A stretch of 64,000 nt of DNA from Vitrella brassicaformis CCMP3155 (Eukaryota; Protista; Chromerida). Of this stretch, positions 1-11,529 are shown piece by piece. The position numbers and the translations under genes were made by a program. The stretch is taken from assembly GCA_001179505.1 (NCBI GenBank), contig CDMY01000581.1:265597-329596 (forward strand). The letters run 5' to 3'. The notes beneath the pieces are model-generated. The model saw only the letters and a list, made by a program, of their open reading frames with translations, did no database searches and was not told the DNA's origin. Every line of letters begins with the position of its first letter. The first letter of the stretch is position 1.

Positions 1-824
1 TGTCGCTGCACAGAAGAGAACATCGGGGCTGTCGTGCTGGAGGTCGAGAGCACGACGAGCATGCTCAAGGGCCTCCTGTGAGGACAGACAGAGGGAGGGA
101 GGGAGGGAAAGAGGGAAGGAAATCGCTGTTTGCCCTGCACTACGAGTGAGGCCTACGTGCAGAGTGCTGTTGCCATCAGTGTCGCCATCACCAGGACCAG
201 CACTCCTTCCTCGTGTTTGTGAAGGTTTCCTGCCTCTCCTCGCCTCGAACTCCTCGCAGAGAGCGAGGCTGCACAGCCTGTAGACCGCCGAAGCGAGAGA
301 CCAATTGATGCTTCCTTCCTGCCTGTCTGCCTGTCTGCCTCTCGGCGCATGCAGCGTACCTTTGATAGGCTCGTGTCTTCTGGGTTGCATCACATGTGTC
401 GAGCGCCTTCTTGAAGGCATCCTGTCCCAGAGAGAGGCACACACAACTACAATGAATGATCATTGGCCGGCGATGATGGCGGTGGCCGACTCACCCGCGC
501 TCCACGGTAGTCATCAGCGGCCAAGAGGCAGTCTCCCTGACCCACAAAGTCATCGCAGCTATCAAACACTGCCCACAGACAGACAGACAGACAGACAAGA
601 GCTGACAGTGCCTCAGACAAGAGTGGATCTCCGCTTTTCTCACCGGCGAAGGCTCCATTCAGGTCCCCTTTCCGCATCATGGCCACCGCAGCCCCCCTTC
701 CCCCCTGGGCATCATCGTTGCTCGCTGCACTGCTGCTGGTGCTGGTGCGATGAATGGCTCGAGGTCTGAATGGCGGAGGCAGGGGGCGCGGGAGTGGCAC
801 GAGAGCTGGCAGGAGCCGCCGCAT
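1..824 (-). CDS. TPR-like repeat protein with possible mitochondrial leader (runs off the window start)
   Basis: Spliced model: MRRLLPALVPLPRPLPPPFRPRAIHRTSTSSS...NGAFA|VFDSCDDFVGQGDCLLAADDYRGAR|DAFKKALDTCDATQKTRAYQR|...|EALEHARRALDLQHDSPDVLF. Helical repeats show TPR-like patterns; the N-terminus is R/S/P-rich. Confidence 0.6.
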
Positions 825-878
825 TTTGCCAGAAACAAGCAGAGATCCGTCAGGAAGAAGCAGATGCAAAAGTATAGA

Positions 879-951
879 TATCCCCGCTGGGACTCGAACC
901 CAGAGTCTCCTGCTTAGGAGGCAGACGTGATCTCCATTACACTACGAGGAC
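879..951 (-). tRNA. tRNA-Arg(CCT)
   Basis: Reverse complement GTCCTCG TA GTGTAATGGAGATCAC G TCTGC CTCCTAA GCAGG AGACT CTGGG TTCGAGT CCCAG CGGGGAT A. All four stems pair, the T-loop is TTCGAGT, the anticodon is CCT, length 73 nt. Confidence 0.95.
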
Positions 952-1336
952 AGACTGTCGACTCGCTACCCGCGATTTCACCGACCCAGAAAAGAAGACC
1001 TGCCAATTGGGGCGTGCGCGACACCAATATAAAAAAAGGCAGGTACTGTGACAGGGCGTGGCAAGTAGGAAACATCACGCGCAAGCGCAAACGAGGAACA
1101 GAATGAACGAATAACATTGACTGGTTGGTTGGTTAGTGTGTTTAACGAGACTCGTGTCTGTAACCCCGGAGGGGATCCTGTCATGTCACGGACTAAACTA
1201 GCAATATGCACATGCATGGAAGCATGCCCACGTCAGCGGGGAGTCCACCGCGAAGATCTGCGTTTTTGAGCCCGCAGAAAGGGAGGAGAAAATCGATCTC
1301 GGCTCGCGCAAGCGGAGGACGATTTTGAGAGCGACG

Positions 1337-2410
1337 ATGCAGTCGCCAAAGATGCCGACACTGCAGCCACCAACCAGCCACCTGCAACGCCCTCTCGCCC
1401 TCTATGTGGTCTGCGCCGCCGCATTCACCACTCTCTGCAGCGGCTTTCAGCTTCCAAGCAGCCCTCGCCGCCTCATCAACATTGATGACAATAGACCTCA
1501 TCTGTCGGCAGGGCTCCTCGCCAGGCATCGACAGCCACTGACAATGAGTTCGTCGACGGATCCTCCGCAGAAACAGACCAAGAAGGTGCCTCTGAAGGAC
1601 CCGTATGAAGGTGCCACACACACACACACACACACACACGGCACACACACACACGGTGCCGTCTGTGTGTGAAGGCAAGGTGGGAAACCTGAAAGGAGGA
1701 ATGGAACGCTCTCCTCTCAACCCAAAGCTGAGTGAAGCGGAGACCAACCTCGGTACATACGAGAACGGAGGGCGGGAGGGAGATGGCCAGCTGGGGAATC
1801 CCACACACGCTGGATGCATTGCATGGGCGGTGTCTGTCTGGTGGTGCCTGTGGTCGGCTGCAGTGATGGAGAAGACGAGCTGGGATCCTCGCAGTGAATG
1901 GCGTCAGAGGTCGATGGACTGGGCCGCGTACGAGAACGTTACGTCTTTTGTGTGCTCGCAATGTGGCTACGTCTACGTCAACGCTGAAAACGAGGTGAGC
2001 GAGGGCATGGCCGACCGAGCGACAACCACACACAGGACAGGCAGTGCAGTTCAGTGTATCTTCCTTCCTTTCTTGTGGTCTTGTGGTGTGTCTTGTCTGC
2101 ACTGCAGATCAGGTTCCAAGATCTGCCCGACAACTGGCGCTGCCCTGCATGTAAGACAAGACACACAAAGGCTACGGTGCATCGGTGACGTACGTCCACA
2201 CATTGCCTTTCGCCATCCCATCCATGCCTTTCTGCCCTGCCCGCAGGTAACGCTCCCAAGTCGGCCTTTGGTGTCGGCGGCAACCCCAACGCCTTCCAAG
2301 CCCAATTCGGCATCAAACCGCGGGAGCTGATCCTCTACATCATTCTGCCAATTGTGGGCGTCATCCTGTTTTCCCAATGGAAAGAGTTCATCGAGCCAAG
2401 AGTATTCTAA
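1337..2410 (+). CDS. Plastid-targeted rubredoxin with C-terminal transmembrane helix (RubA/RBD1-like)
   Basis: Spliced FVCSQCGYVYVNAENE|IRFQDLPDNWRCPAC|GNAPKSAF gives the two CxxC knuckles of rubredoxin. The C-terminus carries a hydrophobic segment (LILYIILPIVGVILF). The N-terminal signal peptide ends ...TTLCSG-FQL (Phe at +1, typical of secondary red plastid leaders). Confidence 0.85.
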
Positions 2411-3096
2411 TGAGCCAGCTTGTGGACGGACACAGGGGAGGGCGGTGAGAGGAGAGGGCGCATCGCATCGGATGGCATTTTTTCCGAGAGCCTGTGGATG
2501 AGAGGGGAGGAATAGCTATGACATGAGGGGGAGACGTGACGGGGGGGTGGGTTGTCTGTCGGGCTGAGTCAATGGGTCGTGCACGAGAGGGGGGAGGGGA
2601 TTGGGCGCAGATTGACAGGACTCGTCAACTCTGCGTGCAATGAATGTCGATTTTTGGGCTCTCTGGGGTAGGTTGTATTTTTCGTGGTGTGTCATCTACC
2701 AACCACTGAGTGAATGTGGCTGAATGCGTGTTTGTATGTGTACGGCGTGCGAGGATGTTTGTTTGTTTTGAGTGCTGCAAGTTGCGTTGTGTGTGAGATT
2801 TGTTTTGTTGTCCATGCCATGAGCACTCCCTCACTCCCTCATCCTTAGTGCTAGGTGTAGAGTAAGTATCCATGAGACAGACAACCCAATTAAGCCGTCG
2901 ATCGTTGAATTGAAATGGCTGGCACATCACACATATTCACATAACCCCGTGCAGATCGATGTCGACAGAATACGCCAACACAGCACCAATCCAATCGACC
3001 GACAGTCAGGCCGCCTTCTCTCTCTCTCTCGCAGAAATGGCTCATTCCTTCCGCCATTACCGACCAGCCCGCCGATTCATTCATTCATTCACTCGG

Positions 3097-4676
3097 TCAA
3101 AACGACCGATGCTCAATCGGCCACCGAATGCTCTCGACATGGTAGCCATACGCCTCCACCACACGTGCCAACTCCGCATACGTTGGCGGTCGAGCCGCAG
3201 TAAAGCTCCAGCTGTCGCCCAAGAGGTTCTCACCGCTGTCTATTCCTCCCTCCAGGTGTGAGTCGGGCCGGAGTTGCCAGTGGGAGGGGAAGGCGCGATG
3301 AAGGGAGCAAATGTGCCTCTGGCCCGTGTGGACGCACCGCAGGGTGGCGTATGAAGGCAGGGACACAAACGCTGGCGTGAAGTCGCTCATCGCGTACGGC
3401 TTGCGAACCCCGCCTCCCTTGCTGCCGACACAACCGTCTGCAAACATACCACCAAGACACAGCGGGTGGGGGCATGCAAGCCGAAGGCTCACCTATGTGT
3501 GGATGAGCTCAGCTCACTGACCGTCGTTAGCCGGGTGTGTGGGCACGAGGAAGCGCTCGTTGATGACGATGAGAGGCGTGCTGCTCCTCGAACATTCGAA
3601 GGCGAGCATCCCTGCAAACAAAGCAAGCCAAGTCAGCACACCAATCATCACACAAAAGGAGGAGCCAACTCACACAACACACATCCCGCCATCCTATCCC
3701 CTTTTCCCAATTCACCGAAGTGCTGCTGCGCCTCGCAAAAGGCGCCAATCGACATCCGTGGCTCTGTGAGAATGCCCTTGTCCTCGTTCTTCAGATTGAC
3801 GGCGATCACCAGATCATCATCGGAGGAGAGATAGCGTCGCGGTTGGACCAGCGTCCTCTCGATGGCAGAATCAACAGTCTGCCGCACCCTTCCAGCCCAC
3901 TTGGAGCGTGATTTGGCCACAGAGGAGAGGATGGAAGCACCAGCACCCTGCCGCCTGGCTCTCTTTGCCGCTGCGATGGTGTCGGTAACAGTTGAATGGA
4001 ATAGGTCGAACCTGACCTTTGGAAGCTCCGGTTGCTGTGTCTTGCTCCGGACTCGCGAAGACCCGTTTGCAGCAGGGGCGTCCTGCAGCTTCATGTGGGA
4101 GGTGACGAAGAGCGTGGTGAGAAACAGCTGGGTGAGGTCTTGGCTGAAGATGCGGATGCGGCGCCTCCCCTCCGATGCGAACGCGTGTATGATGGCGCAC
4201 ACAATCAGCAGGATCAGTCGCTGCTCATGGCTCACGTACTCGTCAAGAAAGACCTGCGCCCGGTTTCTGGTTGTCATCAGATTAGGCAGCATCGGCGCCT
4301 CGGCCACCTCAGCATGGACCTAACAGCCAGCACACACAGGACAGGAAGAGAATCAATCAATGGCGCGAACCACGTCGCCAATGGCTCCTTCCTTCATCGA
4401 TGACCGACCTGGATGCGGCTGGCCCCGTGGACGAATGCATTCCTGCAGGCTTCGGAAGCGCGCGTGTGTGGGCCGACAGCCTCCCATATCTCACTCTTCT
4501 TGCTCGATGTGCCCATGCAGATCTGCCGCATTCTTCCAAGAGGTGGGGATCCCAGCGGTGGAGATCTGCCTTTCACATGTGCACTGCCGCTGGTGTGCCA
4601 GCCTTCCACACTGCCGCAAAGCAAAGGCGCCAGGAAAAAAAAAGAGCCATCTCGTGAAAGCTCGCAGTTGGTCCAT
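3097..4676 (-). CDS. Hypothetical protein, probably secreted or plastid-targeted; 5' exon has an apparent homopolymer frameshift
   Basis: Long coding exon (ORF 3648-4307) plus spliced exons GMLAFECSRSSTPLIVINERF... and ...YGYHVESIRWPIEHRSF*. A signal peptide MDQLRAFTRWLFFFLAPLLCGSVEG-W forms only if the T9 run is T8. Confidence 0.55.
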
Positions 4677-4698
4677 CGGCTCAACGGCTGGAGCCAGA

Positions 4699-5391
4699 AT
4701 GACGACAGAGAAGGACATGCGTGACATGCGTGCCCTCTTTGAGTGGGACAAGACAAGGGGAACCGACACCATGTCCGTATCCAGTGCCAAGTATGTGCGT
4801 ATGTGTATGGAAGGCAGCACAGCAGAAACCATCCACCCACTCATCGTTGTTGTCTGTCTGTCTGTCTGTCTGTCTGTGTGGATGTCTCCAGCATGTGTGC
4901 ACGGCTGTTGGGCTTCGATGTCACCTTTGACCATGAGGCCGGGTTCGAAACCTTTGTGGCCAAACTACGCAGACACGCACGACGAAGAGACCGCCTTTCC
5001 CTCTCCAAGCGGTTGTTCAACCTGCTCAAAGGGCCGTCCGCTGACAAGGATGGCTTCACTGCAGGTGACCAGCCAGACACACACACAGATGCTGCGACAT
5101 GTATGTGTACGGTGTGTCGTCCGTGTCTCCGGATGCTCAGAGGATCTGTATGAGGTGCTGCGAAACGAGCTCAATCAGCCGATAGAGCGATGGGAGGCGG
5201 ACGACCTCTTTGACTACCTGCACTCACTCTCGCCTGACTTGGAAAGGGCCCCGTCAGCCTCTTCCAGCTCGTCGCAGCAACCTCCTATTGATGTCACGGT
5301 CAAGTTCACCGAGTTTTTCGCGTTTCTGCAGCAGGAGCCCCTGACTGTGGAAAAGGCTACTGGACAGGTTTCTAGCGTGCCCCACGTGTGA
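4699..5391 (+). CDS. Divergent EF-hand / centrin-calmodulin-like protein
   Basis: Three exons: MTTEKDMRDMRALFEWDKTRGTDTMSVSSAK|...LSKRLFNLLKGPSADKDGFTA|EDLYEVLRNELNQPIERWEADDLFDYL...VKFTEFFAFLQ. Helix-loop-helix spacing matches the calmodulin family, but the loops are degenerate. Confidence 0.55.
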   Translation: MTTEKDMRDMRALFEWDKTRGTDTMSVSSAKYVRMCMEGSTAETIHPLIVVVCLSVCLSVWMSPACVHGCWASMSPLTMRPGSKPLWPNYADTHDEETAFPSPSGCSTCSKGRPLTRMASLQVTSQTHTQMLRHVCVRCVVRVSGCSEDLYEVLRNELNQPIERWEADDLFDYLHSLSPDLERAPSASSSSSQQPPIDVTVKFTEFFAFLQQEPLTVEKATGQVSSVPHV

Positions 5392-6413
5392 TTGTGCGTT
5401 GTGTGGATGAGCCAAAAGCTCGCTTCCAGCGGTCGGCTGTCTCTCCAGGCTCAGTCCATCCATCCCCACATGGACGTACGCCTCATATCGTGTCTGTCTC
5501 TGTCTTTCCGTCCCTTCTCGCTTATGTATGTAGAAGGCAGACAGACAGCATCCTGCATGTCTGGTCGGTCGGGGGGTGGGAAAACGCAAAAACGTCATGA
5601 TCGGGTGGAATCGCATCAGTGAAGCCCGCCCCGGGCTGTGGAAAGATCGGGAACAAAGGGATTCGTGCCACAAAAATTCTCACACGAACGAACACGGACG
5701 CACAGGCAGCCTCACCAAGCACACACAGCCCAGCACGCACCATCACCAGATGCACTGAAAAATCGCAGCCAGCCAGCCAACCAGTTAGCTTACACGCGGA
5801 ACACAGAGACGCGCCCACGGCGAGCATTGGAATCCGTGTGTGTATGAATGTATGTGGCCCGCCTTGCCTTGCCGCAAAGGAATGAGGCAGTCAGTCTGCG
5901 TGGATAACAGGCAGGAAGAAACTCGTGCAGCCAGCATGATCCGATCCATGCACATACATGCAGAGCTATCTGCTCACGCAGTCGGCTGATTGTGTACACG
6001 CCCCGAATCAGCCTGCCTCGCTCATCACACAAGCCCATTGAGGATGAAAGACACAGCCCAGCACAGCACAGCACAGCGTGCAATGCAATCAATGAGGGGG
6101 AAAAATCGGTGCAAACCCGGGCGGCAGCAAAGCACTCATCACCACACACACAGCACGTGATCGCTCGCTTCGGTGGGCTGACTTGGTGCTCATCGGTGCG
6201 CGGGATTGTCACCATGCTCTACCATGATGACAGCACGGCGTACCGACGAGCACTGCATCAGTCCACCCATTCGACGAGCGACACAGCAATCAACGTACAC
6301 ACACCACTGGCTGTCTCGTCCCCCCGGGCACCCTCCGTGCTTCTCCGCACTTCCTCTCCCTCCTCGCGGTCAGGTTGGCGAAGAGGGACAGGTTATGGGC
6401 AGAAGCTTGAAGG

Positions 6414-6461
6414 CAGACGGACAGACGGACAGACGGACAGACGGACAGACGGACAGACGGA
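6414..6461. repeat. (CAGACGGA)x6 tandem repeat
   Basis: Perfect 8-mer tandem array read directly from the sequence. Confidence 0.9.
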
Positions 6462-6518
6462 TCGCTCAAGGCATGCATACGTACATACATTGAACACATC
6501 ACACTCTGTCTGTTTGTC

Positions 6519-7694
6519 TCAATGATGATGTCCGTGGTGGTGGTCCCCTCCACTGAGGTCGATGGAGACGACTTTGTCCGGGTTGAGGATGTTGTTGGGG
6601 TCGAGGGTCTGCTTGAGCGTCTTCATCAGCTCCACTGAGGGGCGCCCCAGCTCCTTCTCGAGGTACTTTTTCTTGCCCAGACCAATGCCGTGCTCGCCCG
6701 TGCAGGTGCCCTCCATCTCAATCGCGCGAGCCACCTGCACATACGTACACATGATCGATGGATGCCTCTCTCCTTCTCTATGACCGTCCTCCGTGTGGTA
6801 CCTACCATTCTGTGGTTGAGTCTGTGTGCCTCCTCATCTTCCTTGGGGTTGTCGGGGTCAAACATGATCACCACGTGGAAGTTGCTGTCGCCCACATGAC
6901 CTATGACACACAGACCACAAGAAGGCAACAAGGAAGGTCGATTCCGCCACATTCATTCATTCGCACACTTGGTTGGCATCTCTGTCTGTCCCTCCCTCCC
7001 TCCCTCCCTCCCTCTGACTGACCAACGATGGGTGCGAACAGGAATGACTCGTCAAGGTCCTTCTTGGTGGCCTCGACCATCTCAGCAAGCCGCGAGATGG
7101 GCACCGCCACGTCGGTCGCCATCAGCTGACGCTCTGGCTCCATCGACTGGGCCGCCCAAAACCTGCACGCACGCACAACAAACAGCACGTCGACGAAAGG
7201 CAGGTGGAGGTGTCCGTCCGTGCCCCTTGTTCGTTCCCTCCCTCCTTTGGCTGGCTTACGCGTGCTTGCGTGCGAACCACATCTTGTCCCTGGCCTCGGC
7301 CTCTTTGCACCAGACGTACTCCTCCTTGGTGTACTGGCTGCAGATGTTCTGCACCTCCTTGACGTCGTTCTCCACGGAGGCTTTCGACCCGGTGAACTTG
7401 AGGAGCAGCATGGGCTTCTCGGGCAGCGTCATGCCGGCGTAGTTGTTGACCGCCTTGACCATCTCGTTGTCAAACAGCTCTATCGCACCCATCTGTCTCA
7501 ACACACACACACGCGCGCACCTCCCTCCGTATCTACCCGCACCATACATAGCCACACGCACGGACGACAGATAGACGCACCTGTATGCCCTTTTGGAGCA
7601 TTTTGATGACTGCGTTGGTGGCGTCTTTGACCGAGTCGAAGCTCACGTAGGCGATCTCCATCTGATATGGGATGTTGCGCATCTTCAGGGTGGC

Positions 7695-7728
<34 letters not shown>

Positions 7729-9288
7729 AGAGAGCAACCACACCACCCCCGTCAGTACTGTGCGCGTCAGCTGTCCGTCGTGTGCGTCTCCGGGCGGCCT
7801 ATCTACCTCGGTGACGACTCCGAGTGTGCCTTCCGAGCCGACGAACAGGCGGGCGAGGTCGTAGCCAGCACTGCTCTTCCGCGCTCGCTGACCCGTCTTA
7901 AGAACCTGCATGCCATGCATCAAGCAAGAACGAAACATAAATGACACCGGGTTTCATTGTGAGCTCAATGTGCTTTCGTTGTGTGTGTACACACTTACGG
8001 TTCCATCGGCGAGCACGACAGTGAGGTTGACGACCTGGTCCTTCATGGTGCCGTAGCGGACGGCGTTGGTCCCGGAACAGCACGTCCCGCACATGCCACC
8101 GATGCTCGCACCTAAACACACACTCACACACAACACAAAATCAAATGCACACGGACGGCCATTTCGCATGTGGTGTGGTGTGGTGTGCTCACCCACCAGT
8201 GGGTGCCCCACTCAGTCACCCCCTGACTCACCCGGTCCAGGGTCGACTCCGAGGAACATGCCGTAGGGCTCCATGTACTCGTTGAGTTCCATCCAGCCGA
8301 CGCCGGGCTGCACGACGACGTCCATGTCGTCCTGGTTGACCTTGAGGACCTGGTCCATCTTGCGCATGTCCATCGTGATGCCGCCGCGAGTGGGGATGAT
8401 GTGGCCCTCCAGGGACGTGCCGCTGCCGTAGGGGACGATTGGAATCTTGTACCTGTTGCAGATGGTGAGGATCTTGGAGACCTCCTGGGTGCTCTCGGGC
8501 CACACGACGGCCTGGGGGTTGGAGCGGGCGGCGTAGCCGCTCACCTCCTTGCCGTACTCCTCGCACTCATCCTCCTTGCAGCTGATGCGGTCGTCACCCA
8601 GCATACCATGCAGCTCCTCATAGGCCTGACACACACACAGACAGACAGACAGACAGGCAGGCAGGCAGACGGGTGGATGAATGAACGCATCGATGGATGG
8701 AGGGATGCGTGAGTGGATGCGTCATTTCGGCCCGGCCCAGTGCTCTCCGACCGCAGGGAACGCTTCAGTGAATGGCATCCTTTTGAGCGCCAGCTCGCTG
8801 CAGGTGGCGGACCGCCGCTGAGATTGCGAGTAGTAGTACAGCCCCGTCGCAAGGGCTCCACCTCCCAATGCAGCACCAATCTGACACAACACGTGCGTCG
8901 ACAGACAGACAGACCGACCGACAGACCGACAAACAGACCGACATGCGTACCAACCAGCCTCAGGGGCAGCGTGCGTCCCTGCCCGCCCACCTGCATGTGT
9001 CTTGACCTGTTGCCCTGCTGTGTCCTGCCGCCATAGCTGCTGTCACCACCGCCACCCCCAGAGTGCTGGGAGGATGCCGACTGCGTCGAAATCGAGCGGG
9101 AGGGGGCGAGGCGCAGGGGACAAGAGACTGCCACGTGGTGCCGGCACCTACACACCAAAACACGAGAAGGGCAGCAGAGGGGAAAGGTCCGCTGACTCAG
9201 CTGATGGCCTGACGCTTTGCCTGATGAATCCTTACACAGCAGAGGGAAGGATGCCAGAGGCGCGCACAGTGAGGTTGCGAGTCATCAT
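6519..9288 (-). CDS. DLD1: Mitochondrial FAD-linked D-lactate dehydrogenase (cytochrome), DLD1/LDHD family
   Basis: Motifs [78 protein letters not shown] and [12 protein letters not shown] are spread over about 11 exons. The N-terminus has a mitochondrial-type leader ([12 protein letters not shown]...RSISTQS). Confidence 0.92.
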
Positions 9289-9350
9289 GACTAGCAGAGT
9301 CCACTCCCCAGGTTCAGCCTCCTCACTCCAGTGGTTTCACGCATTTTCAT

Positions 9351-9394
9351 TAAACCCTACGCCCTAAAGCATCACTGGCTGCCCCCTAAACCCT
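9351..9394. promoter_or_regulatory. Telomere-like CCCTAAA/TAAACCCT motifs in a bidirectional promoter
   Basis: taaaccct at 9351, ccctaaa at 9362 and ccctaaaccct at 9384, between the divergent ATGs at 9288 and 9494. Confidence 0.35.
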
Positions 9395-9493
9395 GCAACC
9401 CGAGGGGCTGAGGATGTTTAAATCGATGAAGAATATCTCCACTCTTATCCTCTGAGATACATGAGCCTTCTCGCTTCTTGCAGCTGGTTAAGC

Positions 9494-11529
9494 ATGGGCA
9501 TGATGGCGGCTCCTGCAGTAGTCTACCGACAACCTCTTATCGCCGGCAGAATCGTTCGGCGCTACAAGCGCTTCATGGGTAGGGTATATGATTAGTGAGT
9601 GCACAAAGCAGACACATGGATCCGATGAATGAATGCGTGCATGCCTACTTGGTGATTACAGCGGATGTTCGGCTAGATGAGGACGGCCGCGAGGTGTGCT
9701 GCCACCTGGCGAATCCCGGCAGCATGATGGGCATGATTCACAAAGGCGCACCCGTCAGGTATGCGAGTCGTTCTGGATGGATGGATGGATGGAATTGACG
9801 GCAGGCAGCTGTCCACTCATGTGCTGTGTTTTTGTGTTGTGCAGGCTTCGCGACCACTGGGCGGAGGATGTGAGCAGCAGCTGGGCGGCGGCAGATGGCG
9901 AGGGGCCGAAGCGAAAGGCATCGAAGCGGAAGCTGCAGTATTCGCTGGAGGCCATCCGAATAGGTGGCACGTGGATCGGGTGCAACACTCTGCTGCCCAA
10001 CGAGGTAAACAGCTGCATCATAGCAGGACCACTCTGGTTCTTTACCTCTGCAGCTGGTCAAGTCGATGCTGCAGCGGCGGCAGCTGCCAGAGGTCATGGG
10101 CATATTGCCGTACGACAATGTCAAAGCAGAGGTAGGGAGGTCGGCAGGTGCAGAGAGGGGTGAACAGAGATGGCATTTATTGCTGCCGTCCGTCCGTCTG
10201 CATCCATGTGTGTGCAGGTGCGATTGCCGGAGTCGAGCAACTCTCGGTTTGACTTCCTGCTGACGCGTCAGGGGGCTGATAGCAGCAGTAGTGGTGGAGC
10301 TGGTGCAGGGCCCCGTAAGCTGGTCATTGAGGTCAAGATGGTCACCATGGGCTCTAACTGGTACGGTACACAAGCGGTCGACAGGCAGGCATGGTGGTTT
10401 GCGTCACTTCTTCACTGCTCGTCTCATTGAATCCTCCCTTCAGGTGGAGTGTGGAGATGCAGACCGAAGGCTGCACGGACCCCCCGCGGCCATGGGCATC
10501 ACTCAAGCCAACCACAACCACCACCACTGACAATGACAATGCCGCTGACGGTGGTGGTGCCGGTGCTGCCACACAGCAGCAAGGCGAGCCCAGCTGTGAC
10601 GCACCCCCCAAGCCCAACAAGACCACCAAGCGCAGCAAGAAGGAGCATGCCATGCTGGAGTTCGTCAAGACACCGCCAGACGAGTGCCGTGCATACACCG
10701 AGCGGGAGGGGAGTGGTCAGGAGGGCCACCAACCGCTGGTGGCGTTGTTCCCCGACAGCAAGACGGAGAGGGGCCAGAAGCACGTGGCGGAGTTGATGAA
10801 GCTGAGCAGGCGGGGCGGCCAGGGGGCGGGGGCGGGGGAGGATACTAGTGCTGAGGGGGCGTTGTCGGCATCGAACAAGGCGGCGGGGAAGGAGGGGGGA
10901 GCGGCGGGGAAGGNNNNNNNNNNNNNNNNNNNNNNNNNNNNNNNNNNNNNNNNNNNNNNNNNNNNNNNNNNNNNNNNNNNNNNNNNNNNNNNNNNNNNNN
11001 NNNNNNNNNNNNNNNNNNNNNNNNNNNNNNNNNNNNNNNNNNNNNNNNNNNNNNNNNNNNNNNNNNNNNNNNNNNNNNNNNNNNNNNNNNNNNNNNNNNN
11101 NNNNNNNNNNNNNNNNNNNNNNNNNNNNNNNNNNNNNNNNNNNNNNNNNNNNNNNNNNNNNNNNNNNNNNNNNNNNNNNNNNNNNNNNNNNNNNNNNNNN
11201 NNNNNNNNNNNNNGCGGCGGGGAAGGAGGGTGGCTATCACGTGGCGTTGCTGTTCTTCGTCGCTAGGTCAGTCAGTCAGTCGACAAAACGCAATCAAGAC
11301 ATGTCATGTGCGCACATCTGCATCGTGTGTGTGTGTGTGTATCAGGGGCGACTGTGGGTCGTTTGACGCGTCCCTTCACTGCGACCCGGCCTACCACGCC
11401 CTGCTGCACGAGGCGGCCACGCTGCCCAACCTGCACATCCTGCCGTATTCTTTCGAGTACGTCTTTGACGACCCTGATGATGCCCATATTGTCTACAGGG
11501 GGCCGGTGCCATTCAGAGGCGGCGTATGA
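9494..11529 (+). CDS. sfsA: SfsA (sugar fermentation stimulation protein A) homolog, PD-(D/E)XK nuclease-fold
   Basis: Spliced motifs GRIVRRYKRFM|ADVRL, HLANPGSM, KRKLQYSLE, GCNTLLPNE, SRFDFLL, IEVKMVT, FPDSKTERGQKHVAEL, ALLFFVAR and CDPAYHALLHEA match the SfsA family order. The gene contains an assembly gap. Confidence 0.9.
10914..11213. other. Assembly gap (300 N) inside a 21-bp coding tandem repeat (AAGKEGG)n
   Basis: gcggcggggaaggag... units flank the N run on both sides. Confidence 0.9.

Noticed and set aside
4360-5391. 343-aa ORF as a single-exon gene
   Set aside because: It reads through introns (VCLSVCLSV from GTCT repeats). Only parts are real exons of the EF-hand-like gene. The same applies to ORFs such as 44579-45646 and 51039-51956.
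6230-6300. In-frame TGA next to Cys (EWVD*CSARR) as a selenoprotein
   Set aside because: No redox-motif context, no supported gene model and no SECIS identified.
5400-6500. Possible small minus-strand gene between the EF-hand and DLD genes
   Set aside because: Some exon-like stretches exist (e.g. RIPLFPIFPQPGAGFTDAIPPDHDVFAF), but I could not build a consistent spliced frame.
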